Assembly: GCA_965243695.1 (NCBI GenBank) | Contig: CBDEWC010000039.1 | Coordinates: 424,019-488,018, forward strand | DNA length: 64,000 bases | From: Lacipirellulaceae bacterium | GTDB lineage: Bacteria; Planctomycetota; Planctomycetia; Pirellulales; Lacipirellulaceae | Direction of reading: 5' to 3' | Shown: piece after piece, positions 1-8,832 of the stretch | Layout of the letters: each line of letters opens with the position of its first letter | Numbering within the stretch: the stretch's first letter is position 1 | Made by a program: the position numbers and the translations under genes | Notes under the pieces: generated by a model | Database searches by the model: none | The model's input: only the letters and a program-made list of their open reading frames with translations | What the model was told of the DNA's origin: nothing

Positions 1-2972
1 TCTGTTTCACTTGCTTCGGAGCCAGCCTTTTGCAAAACGGAATTCGTGGTCGTGGAATCTCCGTAGGCAAGACTTTGGGCAGCTGTGAGGTTGGCTGCAA
101 AGTAATCGCGATCGGTTTTCACTGCCTCCACCAACTCGTTCAGTTCTTGGATGGTTGGGTGTCGACCGGTACAGGTGCGGAACATGAAGTTTGCCCGGTC
201 CCTGTCAGTCTGGCCACCGGCAACGAGAGTTCGCAAGGCAAGTGCACGTGCTGCATCGACAAATTGCGGATCGTTCAGCAAAAGGAGGGCTTGCAAAGGG
301 GTATTGGTCCGTTCTCGATGAACCGAACAAGCTTCTCGTGATGGACCGTCAAAGGTGCTCATCTGGGGTGGTGGAGATGTTCGCTTGACGAACGTGTAGA
401 GAGAACGACGGTGGATTCCTTCGGGTGTCTTGTCCGCGATAAACCGGACGGTGTTGGAATCGCTGTAGCCCACGGCAAACCAGAGTCCGTCTGGTTGGGG
501 AGGCTTGACAGATGGGCCGCCCAGTTTTTCGACCAGCAGTCCACTCACCACAAGCGCCTGGTCACGCAACATTTCTGCGTCCAACCGAAAGCGGGGCCCA
601 TGCGAGAGTAGCCGGTTCTCAGGATCGCGGCTTAAGGCTTCAGAAGTCATGTCGGATGCCTGGCGATAGGTTGCAGACATGACCAGTTGCTTCATCATGC
701 TCTGCAAATCCCAGCCGCTTTCAATAAACTCCACTGCCAGCCAATCCAAAAGTTCAGGGTGGCTCGGCCGTTCACTTCGAGTACCAAAGTCGTTTGCCGT
801 TTTTACCAGGCCCGTACCAAACAGTTGTTGCCACAAACGGTTGACGGTGACGCGAGCCGTTAAGGGATGACTGGGGTCAGTCAGCCAGTGGGCCAGGCCA
901 AGTCGATTGTTCGGCCAGGCTTTGTTCATGGAGGGAAGAATCGCAGGAGTTGCCCGGGGACGTTCCGCTCCTTTTTGGTCGTATCCGCCTCGGACCAGTA
1001 AATATGCCGGTTTGGGTTCTGTCCGCTCGCGCCAAATGAGCGTCGTGGGAAGGCTGGCATTGAGCGTGGCCCATTTTGCCCGGGCCGCAGTTAACTCCGT
1101 CACCGATGCTGCAAGATCCTTATTCGGGCAAACTTTAAAGCGGTAAAATTGCCGTAGCTCAGTCTGTTGTTTGTCATCGCGCTGGGTGGGATCTCGTTGA
1201 GCAATAGCCTGGATTTCCGCGGGAATGGTCAAGCCGGAAGCGGCTTTGAAATAAAATCCACTACGGCCTCCATAGTTGACGATTTTCAAGAGCAAGTAGT
1301 TTTCGCCTTCTATCAAATCGAGTTCCACCTGCTCCTGATCAGGCTCGACCGACCGTGAAACATTATTTTCGAAAACTGATTTTCCGTTGAGATAGACTTT
1401 AATGGCATCGTCGCTTCCCAGTGAAACCTTGATTTTTTGCGCCCGGGGCGAGTCAATGGTGCGCATCAGAAAATTGACAGCCAGTTCTTGGGCAAAACCG
1501 GTGTGAACTTCTCCATCTTTCCATTCGGGATGGTGTTTCCAGGAAACTTTTTCGTCGGTAGCCAGGGTGAATTCTTCAGCGAGTGAAACGGTTTCTCCCA
1601 GTTTTACTTCGGGTCCGTGTTGGCGTCGAAACAGATACCGTTTGTCGTCTTTGAACGGTCCTATCGCGTACCAGTCATTCAGTACGATGGATTCTTTTTC
1701 CAAGCCGGCTTCCGTACGGTTTTTGAACTGCTGTTCCCACAGTTGTTGCTGTTGATCGACTGTTTCCCAGTCGTCCTGGAGTCGAGTTTCGAGTTCTTGA
1801 ATTTTGTGTTTCAGCTGGGTCAACGTTTGTTGCTGCTGTTCGGTCACCACTTTCATGACGGGTGCGTGGTCCTTCCGATTGCCGTCGAGTGGTTCCCCGT
1901 CGATACTGTTGAAATAGGCAAACAGCGAATAGAAATCGTCCATCGTGAGGGGATCGTATTTGTGGTCATGGCAGCGGGTGCAGTCCAGGGTTAGTCCCAA
2001 AAATACGGTTCCTGTGGTAACCACGCGATCGACCACATTGCGGACGTAGACTTCCTCCTTAATCGAGCCTCCCTCGTTCGTTGAGACGTTGCAGCGGTTG
2101 AAACCGGTAGCGATGATTTGTGCCGGTGAAGGGTCAGGGAGCAGATCTCCAGCGAGTTGTTCGGTAATAAACTGGTCAAATGGAAGGTTTCGGTTCAACG
2201 CGGAAATAACCCAGTCGCGGTACGGCCAGATTTCGCGATAATTATCCAGATGCAGGCCATGCGTGTCACCATAGCGGGCAGCATCCAGCCAAAAGTGGGC
2301 CATGTGCTCACCGTAGCGAGAGGTATCGAGCAGTCGATCGACGACCCGTTCGTAAGCCTGCGGAGTTGAGTCGTAAAGAAACGCATTGATTTCGTTAATC
2401 GTTGGTGGCAATCCGGTCAGGTCGAGTGTGAGGCGGCGAATCAAAGTTTCACGATCGGCCTCAGCCGACGGGGTGAGTCCTGATGCCTCAAGTGCCCCCA
2501 GCACAAATCGATCGATGTCTCCTCGAGGCCAGTTGGCTTCCTCGACCGGGGGTGAGTCTGGGCGCACCGGTGGCACAAATGCCCAATGTTCCTCCCAGGG
2601 TGCTCCCTCAGCAAGCCATGACCGCAATAATTCAATTTCCTGTTCGGTCAGCGGTTTTTCCGCCTCGGGTGGAGGCATTTTCAAGGAGATGTCGTCACTG
2701 GTAATGCGTTTCAGAAGCGCGCTCTCTGTGGGGCTGCCTGGCACAATGGCAGTGGCACCACTCGCGAGCGGTGCCATTGCAGATTCTTGGTGGTCGAGTC
2801 GCAGTCCCGCTTTTCGCTGGGCCGGATCAGGTCCGTGACACGTAAAACACTTGTCTGCTAAAATTGGACGAATCGTTCCCGTGAAGTCGATCTCTGTCTG
2901 CCCGGAAGCTTGTCCGGGAAAAATAGCCAGAAAGGCAAAGACGGCCGTGAAAATTGAGTACGTGGTATGCAT
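1..2972 (-). CDS. PSCyt1/DUF1549(PSCyt2)/DUF1553(PSD1) family protein, C-terminus beyond window edge
   Basis: Absent from the ORF track because no stop lies in the window. My minus-strand translation from ATG 2972-2970 gives: MHTTYSIFTAVFAFLAIFPGQASG (signal), ILADKCFTCHGPD (CxxCH), DRFVLGALEASGLTPSAEADRETLIRRLTLDLTGLPPT, LDCTRCHDHKYDP, LTARVTVNRLWQQLFGTGLV, SHPELLDWLA, TFDGPSREACSVHRERTNTPLQALLLLND. One frame stays open to position 1 (990 codons). Confidence 0.85.
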   Translation of the reverse strand, partial: MHTTYSIFTAVFAFLAIFPGQASGQTEIDFTGTIRPILADKCFTCHGPDPAQRKAGLRLDHQESAMAPLASGATAIVPGSPTESALLKRITSDDISLKMPPPEAEKPLTEQEIELLRSWLAEGAPWEEHWAFVPPVRPDSPPVEEANWPRGDIDRFVLGALEASGLTPSAEADRETLIRRLTLDLTGLPPTINEINAFLYDSTPQAYERVVDRLLDTSRYGEHMAHFWLDAARYGDTHGLHLDNYREIWPYRDWVISALNRNLPFDQFITEQLAGDLLPDPSPAQIIATGFNRCNVSTNEGGSIKEEVYVRNVVDRVVTTGTVFLGLTLDCTRCHDHKYDPLTMDDFYSLFAYFNSIDGEPLDGNRKDHAPVMKVVTEQQQQTLTQLKHKIQELETRLQDDWETVDQQQQLWEQQFKNRTEAGLEKESIVLNDWYAIGPFKDDKRYLFRRQHGPEVKLGETVSLAEEFTLATDEKVSWKHHPEWKDGEVHTGFAQELAVNFLMRTIDSPRAQKIKVSLGSDDAIKVYLNGKSVFENNVSRSVEPDQEQVELDLIEGENYLLLKIVNYGGRSGFYFKAASGLTIPAEIQAIAQRDPTQRDDKQQTELRQFYRFKVCPNKDLAASVTELTAARAKWATLNASLPTTLIWRERTEPKPAYLLVRGGYDQKGAERPRATPAILPSMNKAWPNNRLGLAHWLTDPSHPLTARVTVNRLWQQLFGTGLVKTANDFGTRSERPSHPELLDWLAVEFIESGWDLQSMMKQLVMSATYRQASDMTSEALSRDPENRLLSHGPRFRLDAEMLRDQALVVSGLLVEKLGGPSVKPPQPDGLWFAVGYSDSNTVRFIADKTPEGIHRRSLYTFVKRTSPPPQMSTFDGPSREACSVHRERTNTPLQALLLLNDPQFVDAARALALRTLVAGGQTDRDRANFMFRTCTGRHPTIQELNELVEAVKTDRDYFAANLTAAQSLAYGDSTTTNSVLQKAGSEASET

Positions 2973-3215
2973 TTTTTGTTGGAGTTGACCCGTGAATTTC
3001 AGCGGGCATTCCGCTGATGTTGCCAAAAATCTGGGTTTTGTCGTTGTCTCGTATTATAACTAGTCGTCTGGACTTTGATAAATCGTATTTGGCACCTGGT
3101 CCAAGAATTCCATAAACATGTTTTATGTTTTCGGGTCTTTTTGGATGGGTCCGTTTGCGGTCGTCGTTTGAGCCTTTTGTTTTATAATGGACCAGACGCT
3201 GGAGAGGATGCTTTC

Positions 3216-4279
3216 ATGATTACCCAAAACATGGTTTTATTCAAAATCGCGATAGGGATGCTGTTGGTCGGGCGATCCGTCCTGGCAGCCGGAGAGGATC
3301 CTGCTTCGGTGGCAAAACTCCAGCAGCTGGGAGCAAAGCTCAAGCGGGACAAAAACAACCATGTGGCTGAGGTCAACTTTCGAAATGTCGAGGTTGCCAA
3401 TGACGATCTTCAGTGGCTAAGTGGGTTGCCCAAAATTCGGAGTGTGTTACTGACCGAGCGAAATATTGACGACGACGGCCTGGCCATGCTGGGGAGACTG
3501 ACCACACTGCAAAACCTCGACCTGCGGGATTGTCCGATTAGCAATCAAGGGTTAGCACACCTGGCCGGCTTGAAAAAATTGCGGGGGTTGAAGCTCTCTG
3601 GAAAAAAAGGACTGACGGATGTTGATGACGAGGGTCTTGAGCACCTGGCTGGACTCAAGAATCTCAAAGCGTTTGGTTGCGACTATTTGTGGATCAGCGA
3701 AGAGGGGCTAGAACATCTGCAAAATTGCCAGCGATTGGAGGAGCTTTACCTGGCCGCGACTCTTGTAGGGGATGAGGCGCTGGCGCTACTTCCGCAATTT
3801 CCTCGCCTCAAGAAGTTGCGCGTGGCAAAGAGCCAGGTTACAAGCGGCGGGCTCAAACACCTTACGCAACTACCGGCCTTGGAAGAACTTGATTTGAGTG
3901 AGGCGGCGCAGGTGTCTGATACGGGTTTAAGTCATCTTGCCGGGATGACGGGTCTGAAGCGACTCAACCTGTGGCGCGTTCCAGTTACCGACGTTGGTGT
4001 GAAATCCCTGGCAGGGCTTGTGAATCTCAAGTGGCTGAACCTCGACAACACGGTTATCACCGATCGAGCGCTGTCCCTATTTGGGCAATATGAAGCAGCT
4101 TGAATTCCTGCACCTTGGTTCTACCCAGGTAACCGACGCGGGCCTGGCTCAGCTGGCCGGTTTACGTGCGTTGAAAGATCTCAGGGTGACGCGCACGGCG
4201 GTCACCGCAGAGGGGACAGCTGCCTTGCAAGAAAAAACTTCCCGATACCAAAATCCAGTTGCGTTACCTGGGAAATTAG
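3216..4279 (+). pseudogene. Secreted leucine-rich-repeat (RNI-like LRR) protein, reading frame broken twice
   Basis: One continuous ~24-aa LRR periodicity (LxxLxxLxLxxTxVTDxGLxxL) runs through ORF 3075..4103, ORF 4081..4425 and a third frame ending at TAG 4277-4279. Restored junctions read ...DRALSL[L]GNMKQLEFLHL... and ...AALQEK[LPDTKIQLRYLGN*]. ATG 3216 is preceded by GGAGAGGA. N-terminus MITQNMVLFKIAIGMLLVGRSVLAAG is signal-like. Confidence 0.75.
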
Positions 4280-4322
4280 TTTGCCTGTCAAGGCAGCGAA
4301 CTCTATCAGTATCGTCGGAAAC

Positions 4323-5637
4323 TCAGGTGACTTCCCAGCCGGGGCGATACGTTTTGCGGATCAGGTGGTCAGCTGCAGGGCAATTGACCGCTTGCAGCCG
4401 CTGGGCATCCCAGTCGATTTTTTGACCGGTCCGGTAGGAGATATTTCCGAGCAACACGGCCTCGGTAAGAGGTCCCGAGTAGTCGAAATTGCAGGTGGTA
4501 GGTGAGCCATCCTTGCAGGCCTTGATCCATTCGGCGTGATGGCCGATCGAACTAGGAATCGTCGGTTCCGGCAGTTGAGGTGTTTCGGATCCCGCCAGTG
4601 GGAAGATTCGATAGTTGCTGATAATCAGCAAACACTTTTCCAGCCGACCCAATAAACATGACTCCACTACCGGGTACCCTTTGGCCACCGACCTTCTTTA
4701 AACTATTGTCGCCGTCATGCCAGGTCAGCTTTACCGGGGGTCGTTGTTGGCGGGCCGGGAATTCATATTCGACAGTGATCCCTGTTGGGCAGGTTTCCGG
4801 ATCCAGTTCGGGACCCGTTGCCTTGCAACTGGTAGGATACTTTAACTCCAGAGCCCAGAATGGCAGGTCCATGTAATGGCAGGCCATATCTCCCAGGGTT
4901 CCTCCACCAAACTGCCACCACCGCCGCCACTGTGCCGGATGGTATCGGCCAGGAGCGAACGGGCGATGCGGGGCTGGTCCCAACCAGTGTTCCCAGCTTA
5001 ACGCCTCGGGCGGAGTTTGGATTTCAGCTTTGGTAGGAAGATCGTTACCTCTGCCTCCCCAGCCTTTGCCTACCCATACGTGCACTTCGCCAACGTCACC
5101 AATGATCCCTGCGCGAATCATTTCCACGACCCGTCGGTAGTTGTCACCTGCGTGAATTTGGGTGCCCAGTTGTGTGACAACTCCACGAGCCCGGGCAGCT
5201 TCCGTGACAAGTCGTGCTTCTTCGACCGTATGAGTGAGTGGTTTCTCACAGTAGACGTGCAGACCCGCGCGAATGGCGCGAATGGTTGCAGGGGCATGAT
5301 GGTGATCAGGTGTTGACACGACCACCGCGTCAATACGATCCCCTGCTTGATCAATTAACTCGCGGTAGTCCGTAAAAGATTTGGCATCCGAAAATTCTGA
5401 TTGGGCCTTGTGAAGATAGTTTTTATCGACATCGCACATTGCGACGATGGCTTCACCACGAACCCCGTTGATATTCGCAGCAGCTCGATTTGCAGTACCG
5501 ATAACCGCGATTTGAAGCTTCTCGTTGGGAGAATTGGATTCACCAGCTGCCCGCCCGCTCCAGACCCCACAGGCAACCGCCGTAGCGGTTGAGGACTTGA
5601 TGAAACTTCTCCGGCTAACGTGGTGGGAAGCAGGCAT
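4323..5637 (-). pseudogene. Gfo/Idh/MocA family oxidoreductase with twin-arginine signal, reading frame broken once
   Basis: ORF 4552..5724 carries MPASHHVSRRSFIKSSTATAVA (TAT motif, ATG 5637) and the Rossmann stretch LQIAVIGTANRAAANI. ORF 4323..4688 carries the family C-terminus ...IPSSIGHHAEWIKACKDGSPTTCNFDYSGPLTEAVLLGN...YRPGWEVT. The two frames meet near 4610-4622 (FADYQQ / NYRIFPLAG). Confidence 0.75.
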
Positions 5638-5977
5638 GCGTGGCTCCGACAAACGGGTGAGTTCTGATAAACAGGAAATATCAAGATGCCAAATCTCGTG
5701 GCAGGTGAAAATAGTGGCCTGCAAGAGAGGGCTGCCCCGTGATTATCGCCGATGATTGCGCAACCTGCAATACTTCTGCTGGCGCTGCTATTCATTTGAG
5801 AGTGCGAACAAACCTGGGCTTGTCCAGGCCGTTATTTCCAGCCATGAAGACGGGTTGGTGGCATGGCACGCCAACCTTGGTTAGATTATTGGGAGTGACC
5901 AAAAGCTGTGGTTTGAAGGTTGTGGTGTTGATCGCGCCGTATTGTTCGTTGTCGTTTCTGTGAATGCGAGGATCTCG

Positions 5978-7288
5978 ATGAAGCTGCTCAAGACGATGTT
6001 GTTTGTGTGCTCTGCTGTGATTGTCTGTTCTACGAATGCAGAGGCGGACGGAAATGTTCCTGCGGGGTTTGAATCCCTGTTTGACGGCAAGGATTTTAGT
6101 GGCTGGCATGGGATGGGTCATTTTGATCCCCGCACGCTGGCTGAAATGAGTGACCAACAGCGGAATCAAAAACGGAAGACCGACCTGGAGAACCTCAAGC
6201 AGCACTGGACGATCGAGGGCGGTGAAATTGTCAACGACGGGCACGGTGTTTATCTCACATCGGACCGCGAATTTGGTGACATGGAGTTATTGATTGAATA
6301 CAAAACGACTCCCAAGGCTGACAGTGGTATCTATCTACGGGCAACCCCGCAGGTCCAGATTTGGGATTTCACCAAGGAAGGAGGACAGTGGAGCAATGGA
6401 TCCGACAAGGGATCGGGTGGACTTTGGAACAATAGTGCGGGTGCTGCCGGAAAAGATCCTTTGGTGCTGGGGGACCTCCCGTTTGGCCAGTGGAACCGAC
6501 TCCGCATTCAGCAGATTGGGGCTCGCACCACGGTGTGGTTGAATGATCAGTTGGTGGTTGATGGTGCAACGATGGAAAACTTTTGGGATCGTCAGCAACC
6601 TTTCTTTGCCAAAGGGCCGATTCAATTGCAAACGCATGGAGGTGAAATCCGCTGGCGAAATATTTTTGTACGCGAGATCTTGCCGGACGAAGCGAATCGA
6701 ATTCTGGCGGTTAAAAACTCAGCCGGTTTTCGACCACTTTTCAACGGCCACAATTTTGAGGGTTGGGCCGGCGATATCAAGAACTACGAAATCGTGAACG
6801 GTACGATTCGTTGCAAGTCCGGGCGAGGTGGTACACTCCACACCGAGGAGCCGCTGGAGGACTTTATCGTTCGCCTGGAGTTCAAGTTGCCTCCGGGTGG
6901 GAACAACGGACTGGCGATTCGTTATCCGGGTAAGGGCCGTCCTCATGCGGATGGGATGTGTGAACTGCAGGTGCTGGATGATTCATTTCCAGATTACAGC
7001 AATCTAGACCCCCGCCAGTACCACGGTTCGGTATATGGAATGGTTGCTTCCAAGCGAGGCTATTTGCGACCGCCCGGCACGTGGAATTCCCAGGAAGTGA
7101 CCGTCGAGGGTTCCAAGATTCGAGTGGAACTGAACGGAACGATCATTCTGGATGCCGATTTGAGTGAAGTGACCGATTTTAAAGACGACACGTCTCATCC
7201 GGGCAAAGACCTTCGCCGCGGCTACTTTGGGTTTGCAGGCCATCATGACCCGGTGGAGTTTCGCAACATTCGTGTGCGGGAATTGTGA
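5978..7288 (+). CDS. Secreted protein with two DUF1080 (3-keto-disaccharide hydrolase-like) domains
   Basis: ORF 5942..7288. ATG 5978 follows GAGGA. Signal MKLLKTMLFVCSAVIVCSTNAEA. Two copies of the DUF1080 start motif (FESLFDGKDFSGWHG and FRPLFNGHNFEGWAG), each ending in ...QLQTHGGEIRWRNIFVREL / ...GHHDPVEFRNIRVREL. Confidence 0.8.
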   Translation: MKLLKTMLFVCSAVIVCSTNAEADGNVPAGFESLFDGKDFSGWHGMGHFDPRTLAEMSDQQRNQKRKTDLENLKQHWTIEGGEIVNDGHGVYLTSDREFGDMELLIEYKTTPKADSGIYLRATPQVQIWDFTKEGGQWSNGSDKGSGGLWNNSAGAAGKDPLVLGDLPFGQWNRLRIQQIGARTTVWLNDQLVVDGATMENFWDRQQPFFAKGPIQLQTHGGEIRWRNIFVREILPDEANRILAVKNSAGFRPLFNGHNFEGWAGDIKNYEIVNGTIRCKSGRGGTLHTEEPLEDFIVRLEFKLPPGGNNGLAIRYPGKGRPHADGMCELQVLDDSFPDYSNLDPRQYHGSVYGMVASKRGYLRPPGTWNSQEVTVEGSKIRVELNGTIILDADLSEVTDFKDDTSHPGKDLRRGYFGFAGHHDPVEFRNIRVREL

Positions 7289-7355
7289 GCTTGGAGATGG
7301 GCCAGGCTGAGCTCGAGATGCCGGCGAAACTTGATGGCGCTGGTAAATCAAGCCC

Positions 7356-8825
7356 TCAAGCCAGCACGTCATAAATGGGTTCGGTGTCTTCGACACCAAT
7401 CAAGCGGTGATTCAAACCTGCATGAAAGTAAGCAAGTTGGTTGGGATCGAGCCCCAATAAATGCAAGATGGTGGCATGGAGCCGTTTGACGTGGATCGGA
7501 GCGGAACCTGGATGGGCACCGAGTTCGTCTGTTTCTCCCAGGGAAATTCCACCTTGGATGCCACCCCCGGCCATCCACATGGTGAATGCGGCGGAGTTGT
7601 GGTCGCGGCCCGTTCCCTCGGCATTTTCGGCTGTTGGCTGACGACCAAACTCACCTCCCCAAATGACCAGGGTGTCTTCAAGCAGTCCCCGTTGCTTGAG
7701 ATCGGTGAGCAGCCCGGCAATTGGCTGGTCGGTACGACCGGCATGCCGATTGTGGTTGGTGACCAGGTCACCATGTGCGTCCCAATTGTCTTTGAAGTGT
7801 GCACCACCCGCATAGAGTTGTACGAACCGCACGCCCCGTTCTACCAGGCGACGGGCCAGCAGGCAGTTGCGCCCAAATTCCTTGGTTGGTTGCCGGTCGA
7901 GCCCGTACAGTTTTTTTGTGGCCATGGTTTCCTGCGACAAATCGACGGCTTCGGGAGCATGTTCTTGCATCTTGTAGGCCAGTTCGTAACTGGCAATGCG
8001 GGCAGCCAGATTTTGGTTATCCATCCGTCGCTGTTGGTGTTCCTGGTTGTATTGGCGCAACGTATTTAGCATGTTTCGCTGTTGGGTATCCGTCATCCCC
8101 GGTGGTAGATCGAGGTTGAGGATTGGGCTTCCCTGGTTTCGTACGATGGTTGGCTGGTACGTAGCCGGCATAAATCCACTGGACCAGTTCTTGGCGCCGT
8201 TGATCGGTCCGCCTGAGGGATCAAGCATGACGACAAAACCGGGCAGGTTTTCATTGGCGGTTCCCAGCCCGTAATTGGCCCAGGAGCCGAGACAGGGGCT
8301 GCCACTGAGGAGGCGACCTGAATTCATCATCATCAGCGCCGAGCCGTGAATGGGCGACTCTGCCTGGATCGTGTGGAGGAAGGCGATATCGTCAACCAGA
8401 TTTCCCACTTGGGGGAACAAGTCACTGACCCATTTTCCACACTCACCGTACTGTTTGAATTTCCACTTGGGGCTCACGATGCGACCAGATTTTTTGCGCC
8501 CGCCACGACCAAAGGTTTCGACCGCGACGGTTTTTCCATCGAGATTGTCCATGGCTGGTTTGTAGTCGAATGTATCCAGATGGCTGGGCCCCCCGTACAT
8601 GAACAGGAAGATCACGCGTTTTGCCTTTGGCATTAGCTGGGATCGTTGGGGTGCCAGCGGATTTGCATAAGGCGTTGAGTTGTCGGCGGCAACCGTTTGC
8701 CTGGCAAGGAATCCATCACGGCCTAACATCTCTGCCAGGGCAACTCCCGTGAATCCGGCGCCAGCTTGCCACAAGAATTCGCGTCGTGTGCGTCCGCAAA
8801 AGGTGTTTGAGTTTGAGGATGCCAT
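7356..8825 (-). CDS. DUF1501 domain protein (sulfatase/alkaline-phosphatase-fold), TAT signal
   Basis: 489-aa ORF. N-terminus CGRTRREFLWQAGAGFTGVALA. C-terminal family motif VIWGGEFGRQPT...GRDHNSAAFTMWMAGGGIQGG..GETDELG. Begins 7 nt after the stop of the upstream PSD1 gene. Confidence 0.9.
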   Translation of the reverse strand: MASSNSNTFCGRTRREFLWQAGAGFTGVALAEMLGRDGFLARQTVAADNSTPYANPLAPQRSQLMPKAKRVIFLFMYGGPSHLDTFDYKPAMDNLDGKTVAVETFGRGGRKKSGRIVSPKWKFKQYGECGKWVSDLFPQVGNLVDDIAFLHTIQAESPIHGSALMMMNSGRLLSGSPCLGSWANYGLGTANENLPGFVVMLDPSGGPINGAKNWSSGFMPATYQPTIVRNQGSPILNLDLPPGMTDTQQRNMLNTLRQYNQEHQQRRMDNQNLAARIASYELAYKMQEHAPEAVDLSQETMATKKLYGLDRQPTKEFGRNCLLARRLVERGVRFVQLYAGGAHFKDNWDAHGDLVTNHNRHAGRTDQPIAGLLTDLKQRGLLEDTLVIWGGEFGRQPTAENAEGTGRDHNSAAFTMWMAGGGIQGGISLGETDELGAHPGSAPIHVKRLHATILHLLGLDPNQLAYFHAGLNHRLIGVEDTEPIYDVLA

Positions 8826-8832
8826 GGTAAAG

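Noticed and set aside
4228-4242. Programmed ribosomal frameshifting at the A6 run in the LRR gene.
   Set aside because: The same gene needs a second, independent frame change at 4080-4082, and a third occurs in the neighbouring gene. No slippery heptamer with a downstream structure is evident. Indel error or pseudogenisation is the simpler explanation.
5864-5880. Sigma-54-like TGGCAC element in the Gfo/DUF1080 divergent spacer.
   Set aside because: The required TTGC at the -12 position (5 nt downstream of TGGCAC) is absent; the sequence reads GCCAACCTTGG.
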